A stretch of DNA of 51,563 bases, taken from NCBI RefSeq assembly GCF_006345805.1, contig NW_021834152.1, forward strand, positions 1 through 51,563. The letters run 5' to 3'. The stretch comes from Octopus sinensis. Taxonomy: Eukaryota. Under the pieces are notes generated by a model. That model did no database searches, was not told where the DNA came from, and saw only the letters and a list, made by a program, of their open reading frames with translations. The translations under genes and the position numbers were made by a program. Positions 12,477 through 24,575 of this stretch are shown here, piece after piece (within the stretch, counting starts at the first letter, position 1; each line of letters begins with the position of its first letter).

Positions 12477-13729
12477 AGTATGTGAGTGTATAAGGTGAAA
12501 AAATTATGGAAGATGGAAGTTATTCAGCATGATTTCGTTCTGTAGGCATTGAACTTTAAATAGAACAAATTAAAGGCCGTAAATTGTTTTAATTATATAT
12601 AATATCATAATTGGTCATAATACATTAGTTAATTATCTCTCTATCACTATTCTTCAAATATATGTTGTTGTTTTTTTTGCTATCATTTAACCCTCAAGGC
12701 TATCAGTTACAAAGAAACAAAGAACGAGACAGAGTGATTCTCTTGCATTACTCCAGGGTCCATTATATGCTGGACTGACTTAAGCTTTTAAACTCAATAT
12801 CTACAGCGTTCACAAGTTGAGCAATAACAGTAACATAATATATTTCTTTATTGCCGACAAGGGGCTAAACATAGAGGGGACAGACAAAGGGATTAAGTCA
12901 ATTACATCGACTCCAGTGCGTAACTGGTACTTAATTTATCGACCCCGAAAGGATGAAAGGCAAAGTCGACCTCGGCGGAATTTGAACTCATAATGTAACA
13001 GCAGACGAAATGCGGCTACGCAATACGCCCGGCGTGATCAAAGGGAAGTAACTCTAAAGAAAAAATTTCAAGGGAAACAACTCTTCCTGGTTAAAATTTT
13101 AAAGTACGATACTTTATTTTAAAATTAGGCAGATTTTTCTAAAATCGATGACTGAAAACGGTTTTTCTATATATATAGTTACGTCCCTTCATGTTCTGAA
13201 TTCGAAATTGTTTTCTTCCCCCTTTTAGATCTTTGTATATATGCTAGAGATCAATATTTTTCTAGTAAACTATATAGAAAGCTATTACAAACAATTTTGT
13301 AAGCATTTTATATACTCTGGAAGAGTACAGAATCAGATTGAAGAGGTTGGAATTATATGAATAATACAAAATATTCTTATATTCTTATATTCCTGATCGA
13401 GCAAAACATCCACAAAAGAAAAGAGAGGATAAGCCAGGAATGTAGAGCAAAATCGTTCACATTGCAACCCTTATACAAACTAGCCAATACAATAAATTAC
13501 AATATCATGTAAGCAGGTCATAGATGTACATAGACCCTCTAATAGATTCAGTGAAACATCAGTGACCAGGTCGTAGATGTATGACCTGGTTACAGCATAA
13601 GTTGTAAAATCTGACCAACAGCTGACCTCTAACAGATATTGTGAAGCATCAGTGACCAGGATATTAAAGTACAATGAATGACTTTTTTTTGTTCCCATAA
13701 TATGTAATGTTACTCTCTTTTTACTTGTT

Positions 13730-14140
13730 TCAGTTATCTGACTGCAGCCATGCTGGAGCACCGCTTTTAGTCTTGCAAATCAACCCCAAGACTTATTCTT
13801 TGTAAACCTAGCACTTCTTCAATCAGTCTCTTTTTGCTGAACCGCTAATTTATGGGGTATGTAAACACACCAGCATCGGTTGTCAAATTTATTTTATAAA
13901 GGCACAGGAGTGGCTCTGTGGTAAGTAGCTTGCTTACTAACCACATCATTCCAAGTTCAGTCTCACTCAGTGGCACCTTGAGCAAGTGTCTTTTACTATA
14001 GCCTCGGGCTGACCAAATCCTTGTGAGCGGATTTGGTAGACGGAAACTGAAAGAAGCCCATCGTATATATGCATAGATATATATATATATGTGTGTGTGT
14101 GTATATGTTTGTCCCCCGACCATCACTTGACAACCGATAG
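13730..14140. mobile_element. Two partial family B SINEs in opposite orientation (13730-13885 minus, 13905-14137 plus)
   Basis: Both match the 3' and 5' halves of the intact B copies. Confidence 0.8.
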
Positions 14141-14417
14141 GAACACCTTACAATTTTACACTTGCATGTAAATATTAGAACATATCTTTTTGTTTGTAAT
14201 CTTAAGAGATACAACAGCTATAACTAAAAATAGCTCTTAGTCTGCTTGATGGTTCTGGTGGACAAAATGGAAAAGACGATGCCTTGGAAGAGGGTAAGGG
14301 AAATATGTTGGAACAACCTCTTTGGCTCACAGGGCTCTTGCACTTACTGGTAGCCATCTCTGCCCGGACAGCTGTAAGCAGGGATGTAGTCATGGGTATT
14401 ATTATTTTCTATTCTAA

Positions 14418-14870
14418 GCACAAGGCCTGAAATTTTTTTTGGAGGGGGCTAGTCAATTAGATCAACCCCAGTATGCAACTGGTACTTAACTTATCGGCCC
14501 CAAAAGGATGAAAGGCAAAGTCGACCTCAGCGGAATTTGAACTCTGAACATAAAGACAGACAAAATACCACTAAGCATTTCACCCGGCATGCTAACATTT
14601 CTGTCAGCTCGCCATATGGGTATTATTACACCACTGTAAGGCAGCAAGCTGGCAGAATCGTTAGTATGCCAGACAAAATGGTTAGCAACGTTTTGTCCAT
14701 ATCTATGTTCTGAGTTCAAATTCCACCATGGTTAACTTTGCCTTTCATCCTTTCAGGGTCCATAAATTAAGTACCAGTGAAACACTGGGGCTAATGTAAT
14801 CGACTTACCCACTCACCCAAAATTTCAGGCCTCATGCCTTTAGCAGAAAGGGTTATTACACCACTGCAAG
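14418..14870. mobile_element. Head-to-head pair of family A SINEs; the + copy (14641-14852) has an 18-bp target-site duplication
   Basis: TTATTACACCACTGTAAG at 14623-14640 and TTATTACACCACTGCAAG at 14853-14870. Confidence 0.85.
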
Positions 14871-15185
14871 AAATGATAATTTAGTGAGTAAACTATGATT
14901 TATCTGTGAGAGAAAAAAATCTATGATCAGATGGCATAAGAGGAATTCACCTCAGAAAATTTCCTCTTGACAAACAAACCCTGCAGTAAATGTCAGAATT
15001 CACTTCACCTCACATCACACAAACCTATCTTGGAACACTAGAATTCATCTTTTTCTCATGGTATAAAAGCCATGAGCACTATGGCCACCACATCATTTCA
15101 TCCTTCTCTCATTAAAAAACTGTATTTTATGAGATTTATGCAATCCTTTTTAAAATGCTTTACTTTAATTACGTAATTTTAATTA

Positions 15186-15734
15186 TGAGGATGAGTCAAA
15201 AAGTAATGCCATTTTATTTAGGACAGGTATAATTACCAGCACAGGAACAAGTATCATACATCAAAATGAAGCTGGTCCTCTGTGGATCACATCCCTACTT
15301 CTCATCATTGTCACCATTTCTCTCAATAGCAATGTTCCACCTTCGAATGAGAGCATGTATCCCTGCCCTTTGAAATTCTGCTGACTGTTCTTTGAGTCAC
15401 TTCTTCACTACAGTTTTCACTTCCGCGTCACTGGAATAATGTTTACCTCTCAAACCCTCTTTCATGAGGCTGAAGAGATGATAGTCCAGTGACGAGGAAG
15501 TGAAAACTGTAGTGAAGAAGTGGCTCAAAGAACAATCAACTGAATTTTACAGGGCTGGGATACATGCTCTCATTCAAAGGTGGAACATTGCTATTGAGAG
15601 AAATGGTGGCTATGTTGAGAAGTAGGGATGTGATCTACAGAGGACCAGCTTGATTTTGATGTATGGTACATGTTCCTGTGCTGGTAATTATACCTGTCCT
15701 AAAAAAAATTGCATTACTTTTTGACTGATCCTTG
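15186..15734. mobile_element. Palindromic mariner-derived element (two inverted transposase 3' ends)
   Basis: 250-bp arms at 15186-15435 and 15485-15734, with TA flanks. The minus frame from 15486 reads DYHLFSLMKEGLRGKHYSSDAEVKTVVKK*LKEQSAEFQRAGIHALIRRWNIAIERNGDNDEK*, a mariner transposase C-terminus. Confidence 0.92.
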
Positions 15735-16385
15735 TAGTATTTATAAGGAAATTATCTCACAAACTCAAAAGAATGGGATTCATACAGTGATATTAACTAG
15801 ACATAAACAGCATATGAATTGCACTTGGAAGATACTCAGAATTTCAATATTTTCTTTTGCTTTTGATATAATAAACTTTAAAATACTGCATTGAATATGG
15901 CTGAGTATTCCACAGAGTATATGTCTATTCTTAGTGAGGGTACAGAGCCTATTGGTTAGAGTATTGCACTCGTGATTATGAGATCATGGATTCAATTCCT
16001 GGACCAGGCAGTGCCTTGTGTTTTTGAGTAAAACACTTCGTCGTATGTTGCTCTGTGACCCCTTCGACATCCGATGTGTGGCACACTGTAAATATTGCAG
16101 GTACGGTGAATATTGGTGTCAAATTCTGGCACAAGTTCAGCAATTTCAGGGCAATGGCTAAGTCCACTACAATGACCCCAGTGCTCAACTGGTACTTATC
16201 TTATTGACCCTGAAAGGATAAATGGCAAAGTCGACCTCGGTGGAATTTGAACTCAGAACATAAAGATGGATGAAATGCCGCTAAGCATTTTGCTTGGTGT
16301 GCTAATGATTCTGCCAGCTCACTGCCTGATGGTACAGTGAATATTATAGATTATATCATAGATTATATTATAGAGAGTTATATAA

Positions 16386-17041
16386 AACCCTAAACACATG
16401 AAACACTGCTGTACCACTGAAGACTGGGTCTTTTGATTCTTTTGAATCACATTTTTAGGCATGTGAAGAAACATTTTGAGTGAGTGGTTAGAGTTAGGGT
16501 TGTCTCAGTCAGAAAGAATGGTATGACAGTTTAAGTTAAGAGAAATGGCCTGAACTGGCAACCTAAAATCTTATTATCTTAGAATCATAAATACAGAATT
16601 CTTTGTGTTTTCCATCCATTACCACTCTCCAATATAGGTACTAACAATATTATTACAGAAACAGACAATAATTTGGTGGAAGTCCTGCCCAACTCACTGT
16701 TTTTCCCCAGGTAAATATTATAAGTGCAGTAAATATTTATAGATAATTATACACAACTCTAAAATCATGAAACATTGCTGTACTGTTGAAGACTGGGTCT
16801 TTTGATTCTCTTCAATCACATTTCAGAACATGTGAAGAAACATTTTGAGTGAGTGGTGTAAGCTGTCTCAGTGTGAAAGAATGGTACGATGATTTAAATT
16901 AAGAGAACTGGCCCAAACTAGCAACCGAAAATCTTATCTTAGAATCGTAAATAAAGAATTCCTTGTGCTTTCCACCCACTATCACTCTATAATTTAGGTA
17001 CTGACCTTACTATTATAGAAACAGATAATAATTTGGTGGAA
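16386..17041. repeat. Direct tandem duplication of ~290 bp (16386-16681 and 16755-17041)
   Basis: Colinear blocks such as GAAGACTGGGTCTTTTGATTC, CATGTGAAGAAACATTTTGAGTGAGTGG and ATAATTTGGTGGAA occur in both copies. Confidence 0.9.
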
Positions 17042-17392
17042 TTTATCTCTTAGCTTTAAGATAATATATTTCTATTGTGTTAACTAGTATTGACATTTCT
17101 GTTGAGTTGATGAGATAAATGTTAAGGAGCTGAAAAATATTTGGCATCGTTAGAGTTTAGATAGTAATGAGAAATTGTTAAAGATTTATAAAGAGCAACT
17201 GGGAAAATTAATTGTGAAAGTTTCGTTTTATTTTGTGTATTGAAATACTTATCATATATGGAAGGGGATTCGACAGATTTAAATCAAAAGGTAAAGGTCA
17301 CAAATTGGATCTAGAATATTTAATTGTGCACACACCTGCATGCAGACATGTGTATGTACATACACATATACACATACACATACACACAAATG

Positions 17393-17785
17393 TTTTACTT
17401 GTTTCAGTCATTTGAATGTGGCCATGCTGGAGCACTGCTTTTAGTCAGACAAATCACTCCCAGAACTTATTTTTTGTAAGTCTAGTACTTATTCTATCGG
17501 TCCCTTTTCTTGAGCCGCTTAGTTATGGGGATGTAAACACACCAGCATCGGTTGTCAAATGATGGTGGCAGGGACAAACACAGACACACACACACACACA
17601 CACACACAGACACATACATATATGACAGGCTTCTTTCAGTTTCCATCTCTAAAATCCGCTCACAAGGCTTTGGTCGGCCTGAGGCTATAGTAGAAGACAC
17701 TTGCCCAAGGTGCCACACAGTGGGACAGAACCCGGAACCATGTGGCTGGAAAGCAAGCTACTTACCACACAGCCACGCCTGTGCC
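17393..17785 (-). mobile_element. Full-length family B SINE
   Basis: Colinear with 50292-50708, with an internal (CA)n. Other B copies lie at 24590-24985(-), 32506-32943(+), 34050-34345(+), 44640-44898(+) and 45725-46205(-). Confidence 0.9.
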
Positions 17786-18284
17786 TTGTTTACGTTTTGA
17801 AGAATTTAATTTTTCAGACAGTAAACTCAAGGATATGAAAATAGATACAAAACATAGATACAGACAAGTTAATAGTAAGATAACAGCGAAGCACTGTCAG
17901 AAGGAGAGATTAGGAAGATTAAGGAGCAGGTGGGTGGGGAGAAATAAGATGAAAAATAAAATACAGAAAATAAAAGATAAAATACAGTAAAAAGTAGTAG
18001 AATAACAAAAGGTGTTTATTCTCTTATTCATTTACAGGTTTCAGTCATTTGACTGTGGCCATGCTGGAGCACCACCTTAAAGGGCATTAGTCAAAGAAAT
18101 CCACCCCCAGGACATATTCTTTTGTAAATCTAGTACTTATTCTATTGTTCTCTTTTGCTGAACTGCTAAGTTATGGGGATGTAAACAAACCAATACCGAT
18201 TGTCAAGCAGTGGGGGGGGGGACAGACACAAAGCCACATACACCATAAATACACACCACACACACACATATATATATATATATA

Positions 18285-18497
18285 GTTGAAATTTATTGAA
18301 AAACAAAAGACAAAGATAGGTGTATGAACAACAAGCAAATGTATTAGTTTGACGCTTGGGAAAAATGAAAAAGTCTTTTATGTTTCGAGCCTATGCTCTT
18401 CAGCAGAAAGGAATAAGAGAAAAATAAACAGGGAGAGGATGAAAAAATCGTGTAGATTTTAGTGGTCCAACATGTCAAATGGTTGGAAAAAAGAGGT
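18285..18497 (-). mobile_element. Penelope-like pLTR remnant with a degenerate minimal hammerhead, nested in the internal (TA)n of a family B SINE (18038-18675)
   Basis: Minus 18410-18375 reads CTTT-CTGCTGA-A-GAGC-ATAG-GCTC-GAAAC-ATA-AAAG. Confidence 0.65.
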
Positions 18498-19677
18498 TAT
18501 ATATATGTATACGATAGGCTTCTTTCAGTTTCTATCTACCAAATCCACTCACAAAGCTTTGGTCAGCCTGAGGCTATAACATAAGATATTTGCCCAAGAT
18601 GCCATGCAGTGGGACTGAACTCAGATCCATGAGGTAAGGAAGCAAGCTTCTTACCACATAGTCATGTCTGCACCTATGAGGTATGAGAAGGTTTAATTCT
18701 CTGTAATAGAATATGCACACAAGTTTATATTTAGTGCACCAGTTAGATGCCATGCAAAACTATGTTTTTCTCATGGAGAATGTGACTGCACTTTTAGCCA
18801 TTGTGCAGGCCATGTCCCCAGTCAACATTCTACATAACAATAAGTCTGGTTTAAACTCTTTCACTGTAAAACTATATTTAATAGTTATTCCAGGAATGAT
18901 GTTAAGTATTATCTACCACCAAAAAATACATTTGGTAATTTCTGCAAGTCACGTTGCCACAATAAACTTAACACATCTCAGCAAACAATGGTATCAGGCA
19001 TAACATTTCTTAACAAAAGGTAGACTGTTATATAAAACTGCTTTCTACTGTTAAGAGGCAATGAAATTTTGAGTGAATATATCTGATTTCTGTTGCATAA
19101 GAATCAAAAGAGTTTACCAAAAATATTATGCATAACACACACACACACACACACACGTGCACACATTGTATTTATTGTTGTATTGAGAAATTTTGGCGAC
19201 TTATTGTTAAATTTTGTTCTGTTGCGTTGAAATATTCAATGTAACGAATTTATATAAAAAGATTTTTGATTTTTTTTTAGCACTGTTCCAATATGCTTAT
19301 TGCAGGGGACTGAAGCAAATTTTGCTATATCGATAAAGTTCCTTATATTGGTATTCATTATAATGGAATTTCATGTGTGTGCACATGCACATACACACAC
19401 ACATATGATCACTCACATGCACATACTAACTTACCTACATACACACTGATACACAAAGAACGCCCCAGCTTGATCAATACTTTGTCAGTAAATTAGGAAA
19501 GAAAGTTAGAAACTATGCAGAAGTCCGTTGCTTTTGTATATATATATCATTGTTGTTTTAACATCCACTTTTCCATGCCTGCATGGGTTAGATGGAATCT
19601 GCTGAAAAAAAACAAAGAATTTCTATGGCTAGATGCTCTTCTTTTCACCAACCCTTATCCATTTCTAAGTATGGTAA

Positions 19678-19915
19678 TATCTGTTTCTTTATTGCCCACA
19701 AGGGGCTAAACGTAGAGGGGACAAACAAGGGCAGACAAATGGATTAAGTCGATTACATCAACCCCAGTGCGTAAACTTTACTTAATTTATCGACCCCAAA
19801 AGGATGAAAGGCAAAGTTGACCTCAGTGGAATTTGAACTCAGAACGTAACGGCAGACGAAATACGGCTATACATTTCGCCCAGTGTGCTAACGGTTCTGC
19901 CAGCTTGCCGCCTTA
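19678..19915 (-). mobile_element. Full-length family A SINE (alternative tail) with a 12-bp TSD
   Basis: TAAGTATGGTAA at 19666-19677 and 19916-19927. It is inserted in a family C-like fragment. Confidence 0.88.
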
Positions 19916-20430
19916 TAAGTATGGTAACATTGCCCCATTGCTGAATATGCTTTTGTGGACAGAAAAATGAATGAGGCTGATTGTATGACAGCAACACTTA
20001 TTTACGGCTATGTTGGTGTGTTTTTCATCACCGTAACTTAGCTGTTCAGGAAAAGAGACTGATGGAATAAGTACTAGGCTTACAAAGAAAAAGTACTTGG
20101 GTCGATTTGTCTGACTAAAAAGCAGTGCTCCAGCATGTCCGCAGTCAAATGACTGAAACAAATAAAAAACTAAAAGAGTAAATATCAGAGTAAAAAAAGA
20201 GTAAATTCTGGTTATTCATGAGTTGTGATGTCATGTGGCTTTGTATTTGGTGTATGTTTGTACTTTCTATCAGACGTGGCAATGAAGTGTGCAAGCAATG
20301 TTACAACATCCTCTTGTAAAGTGTGTGTGAATAAATGTATGTATGTATGTATGTATATGTATGTACGTATGTATATGTATGTAGCTAGATAGGTAAGTGT
20401 GCATGTGTACATGCAATATCATTATACATA

Positions 20431-20498
<68 letters not shown>

Positions 20499-21339
20499 AG
20501 ATGTGTTTTATATATATGTATATATATATATACATATATATATATATAATACATATAATATATAAATATATTAGCATATATGTGTGAATGTTTATATGTA
20601 TATATATATATATATATAATACATATGATATATGTATATATTAGTATATATGTGTGTGTGTTTATATTGCCAATATATACACAGACACCACACACATATT
20701 TACATATTCAGCATGATTATATATAAATTTATGATTACATAACAATTTAAGCATCGTAGTTCTCATCACTCCCCTTTCTTTCTTTCTTCCTTTCAATCCC
20801 TTCTCTCTCTCTCTCTCTCTCTCGCTCTCGCTCTCTCTCTCTTTCTCTTTCTCCATCTCTAATCATATTGGCCTAAAACAAATCAATCTTACTAAATATT
20901 CCAGGAATTAATTCCATTCCAAACTCATTTCATCAATATCAGCTAAAATCATATAAAATTCAATTTTCAGCAAGGATTTGAGAATCCAATTCATAGAAAA
21001 AGAAGCTGTTTGTATCTTTTTCTTTTTTCTTTCCCCTTTTTTTTTTTTTTTTTTTGCAATTTTGATGTGTTTTTTTTGTTTTTGTTTTTGTGTCCTGAGG
21101 AATTGTACAATATTTTAGACTTGGAGATGAAAAAAAAAAAACCCAACAAAAATGCAAAAAAAAAAAAAACACCCCCCCAAAAAATATCAACGGAAACAAA
21201 TTATTAAAGCTGTAAACTTGTTTGTGTTTGTTTTTGTAATTTTTTTTTTTTTATTATTGATCTGGTTCCTATCTTCCTTTAGAGCGTTTCCTGAGGGAGG
21301 AGGGTTTATGAAAAGAAGGAAAATAGATGACAAAGAACT

Positions 21340-22004
21340 GGAGAGGAAGAAGAAGAAGAAGAAGAAGAAGAAGAAGGAGAAGAAGGAGAAGAAGAAGGAA
21401 GAAGAAGGAGAAGAAGAAGAAGAAGAAGAAGAAGAAGAAGAAGGAGAAGAAGAAGAAGAGGAGAAGAAGAAGGAGAAGAAGAAGAAGAAGAAGAAGAAGA
21501 AGAAGAAGAAGGAGAAGAAGAAGAAGAGAAGAAGGAGAAGAGAAGAAGGAGAAGAAGAAGAAGAAGAAGAAGAAGGAGAAGAAGAAGGAGAAGAAGAAGG
21601 AGAAGAAGAAGAAGAAGAAGAAGAAGGAGAAGAAGGAGAAGAAGTAGAAGAAGGAGAAGGAAAGAAGAAGGAGAAGAAGAGAAGAGGAGAAGAAGAAGAA
21701 GAAGAGAAGAAGAGAAGAAGAGAAGAAGAAGAGAAGAAGAGAAGAAGAAGAAGAAGAAGAAGAAGAAGAAGAAGAGGAGGAGAAGAAGAAGGAGAAGAAG
21801 AAGAAGAAGAAGAAGAGAAGGAGAAGAGAAGAAGAAGAAGAAGGAGAAGGAGAAGAAGAAGGAGAAGAAGAAGAAGGAGAAGAAGAAGAAGGAGAAGGAG
21901 AAGAAGAAGAAGAAGAGAAGAAGAAGAGAGAAGAAGAAGGAGAAGAAGAAGGAGAAGAAGAAGAAGAAGAAGGAGAAGAAGAAGAAGAAGAGGCGGAGGA
22001 GGAG
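21340..22004 (+). repeat. 665-bp (GAA/GGA)n homopurine tract
   Basis: Only two pyrimidines were seen (T21645, C21994). A second GAA/GAT/GAG tract lies at 22378-22865. Confidence 0.97.
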
Positions 22005-22778
22005 CTGCCTATGTAGAAGATAGCAAGGAGTCTTGTAACTTCAAAATTAAAAATATGATATCCAGTGAAACTATCAAAAAAAAAAAAAAAAGAAGAACTG
22101 CTAAAAATAATTCTAGATTAACTTCGTCCCTTCTCTATCTCCACAATAATGGTGTGTGTGTGTGTGTGTGTGGTGGGGGTGGTGAATGAAGCTTGAAAGA
22201 AGAATAAGTAAAAAAGGCTGGGCTATGTTGTTTTGATTATGTTTAGGAGAAACATGTCTTCAATATCAATTTGTAAACTTTGGTTCTTCAGCAAGAGGAA
22301 AACTTACAATATTTATTAAAAAAATAAATAAATAAATAAATAAATAAATAAAAATTCTTTTAAAAATGGTCCTGATCTGAGAAGAAGAAGAAGAAGAAGA
22401 AGAAGAAGAAGAAGAAGAAGAAGAAGGATAGGGGGAGGATTTTAAGGAGGAGGAGGATGCGGATGAAGAAGAAGAAGAAGAAGAAGAAGATGATGATTAT
22501 GATGATGATGATTGATGATGATGATAAGGAGGAGAATGAAGAAGAAGAAGAAGAAGAAGAAGAAGGAGAAGATTTTAAGGAGGAGGAGGATGCGGAAGAA
22601 GAAGAGGAGGAGGAGAATGAAGAAGAAGGAGAAGATGATAATGATGATAAGGATGAGGAGGAAGATGTAGAAGAAGAAGATGATGATGATGATGATAAGG
22701 AGGAAGATCTGAAAGGAAGAAGAAGAAGAAGAAGAAGAAGAAGAGGAGAAGAAGAAGAAGAAGAAGAAGGAGAAGAAG

Positions 22779-22810
<32 letters not shown>

Positions 22811-23679
22811 GAAGAAGAAGAACAACAACAAACAAGGAGGAGGAAGAGCAAGAGGAGGAAGCAGAGGGGAAAATAAATTATACTAACTTTATGGGTATCT
22901 CTTTCAATTATTTCTGAAGAATGATATCAGTCTTTCTGTAGCTCCAGTTAACTACAATTATGTCGGAAATATGTCGAGAAAATTATGGGTAACCCGAAAA
23001 TACAAACTAGACTGCCGCTAGCTATTGACAAAAGTTTTGGCTCACTTCAGTTTTGTAATCAAAGTTCTAAAAATAAGGAAGACATATACACTGATGCTTA
23101 CTTACAAGAAAACATTTCTGGCTGACTTCAAACTTCAAATATTAGTCTCAAAATATAGCAATGTAATATTCTACCAATTAGGAAGCTCTTGATTTGTTTC
23201 AGACTCCAAGAGTTTAAGAAAAATGTAAGATAAAATAAAATATAAGCAAGAAAGAAAGGAAGAGGTATAAAAGAAGAATTTTTCTCTTTTTCTGTCGTCT
23301 TTCAGAAGAGAATCGGTAATAGGAGAAAAACAGGCTTTTTGAACAAATAGTTTTTCATCAGACAGACAAATAATTATTTCGGTTATGACAGAAGATGCTT
23401 TGAGCAGTGTGTCTTTAATGTTTCTTGGAGTATGCCTATTTTAGTTTCATCAAAAAGGTACATCAAACATGCTAAGAATTCAATAAAATATGGTCAACAA
23501 TTTCATTGAGCATCTTAAACAATTCCATCAAACATGCTGAACAGTTTCGTGGTACATGCTGAAAAATTTTATCTCACACAGAGCAAGTGAAATGGCAGAA
23601 TTAGAGGAGTCACGAGTAAAATGCCTTGCAATGAATATTTAACTTCGTCTTCAAGCGTGATCGTTACCTGCATTGCCTT

Positions 23680-24232
23680 ACTAGCACTTGTGCTGGTGGC
23701 ATGTGGAAAAACATTCAAGCGAGGTTGTTGCCAGTGCCGCTGGAATTGCTCCTGTGTGGATGGCATATAAAAAACACCATTTCAGCGTGGCCATTGCCAG
23801 TACCTATTTCTTTATTCCCCACAAGGGGCTAAAAATAGAGGGGACAAACAAAGACAGACATAGGTATTAAGTCGATTACATCGACCCCAGTAACTGGTAC
23901 TTAATTTATCGACCCCGAAAGGATGAAAGGCAAAGTCGACCTCGGCGGAATTTGAACTCACAACATAACGACAGACGAAATACGGCTACGCATTTTGCCC
24001 GGCGTGCTAACGTTTCTGCCAACTGCCTGACTGGCCTTGTGCCGGTGGCATGTAAAAGCACCCACTACACTCTTGGAGTGGTTGGCATTAGGAAGGGCAT
24101 CCAGCTGTAGAAACTCTGCCAGATCAGATTGGAGTCTGTTGCAGCCATCTGGTTTGCCAGACCTCAGTCAAATCGTCCAACCCATGCTAGCATGGAAAGC
24201 AGACGTTAAACGATGATGATGATGATGATGAT
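23680..24232 (+). mobile_element. Family C element (+) interrupted by a family A SINE (23800-24025, minus)
   Basis: GGTGGCATGT...AAAAGCACC repeats occur on both sides of the insert, with a (GAT)n tail at 24212-24232. Confidence 0.8.
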
Positions 24233-24534
24233 GTCTTCATATTCTGAGTTCAAATCCTGCTGAAGTTGGCTGTTTTTCATAATTCCATGGTAGATAAAAT
24301 GAATGCCAGTCAAGTAACGGATAGCTGCAGGGGTGTCTGTGTAATTGATTGAGCTTTATCACACATGTTGTGAAGACCTTGTGTCAACATCAGAAATCTA
24401 TTTCATTTACAAAATTGGCAACATAAATACCAATGCTGATGCAAGGACTGAACCAGGATTATGTGACTGGGAAGCAAACTTCTTACCACACAGCCACACC
24501 TTCGCCTACACACAGTCAATCTCTATATATATAT

Positions 24535-24575
<41 letters not shown>

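Noticed and set aside
10704-13084. TGATCAAAGGGAA..AACTCT motif (TCF/LEF-like) at 10704, 13035 and 13068
   Set aside because: More likely fragments of a dispersed repeat than a regulatory code. No independent support.
16691-16716. Second AG|GT ratchet-like motif on the + strand (TTTTCCCCAG|GTAAAT)
   Set aside because: Short pyrimidine tract, weaker donor, and located between duplicated repeat copies. Compatible with chance.
18713-19003. 96-aa ORF in non-repetitive sequence
   Set aside because: No recognisable motif. Several ORFs of this length are expected by chance in six frames of 51 kb.
21152-22876. Long K/E/R-rich and S/F/L-rich ORFs (345, 163, 139 aa)
   Set aside because: They are translations of GAA-type repeats, which lack stops in most frames. 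No domain or splice support.
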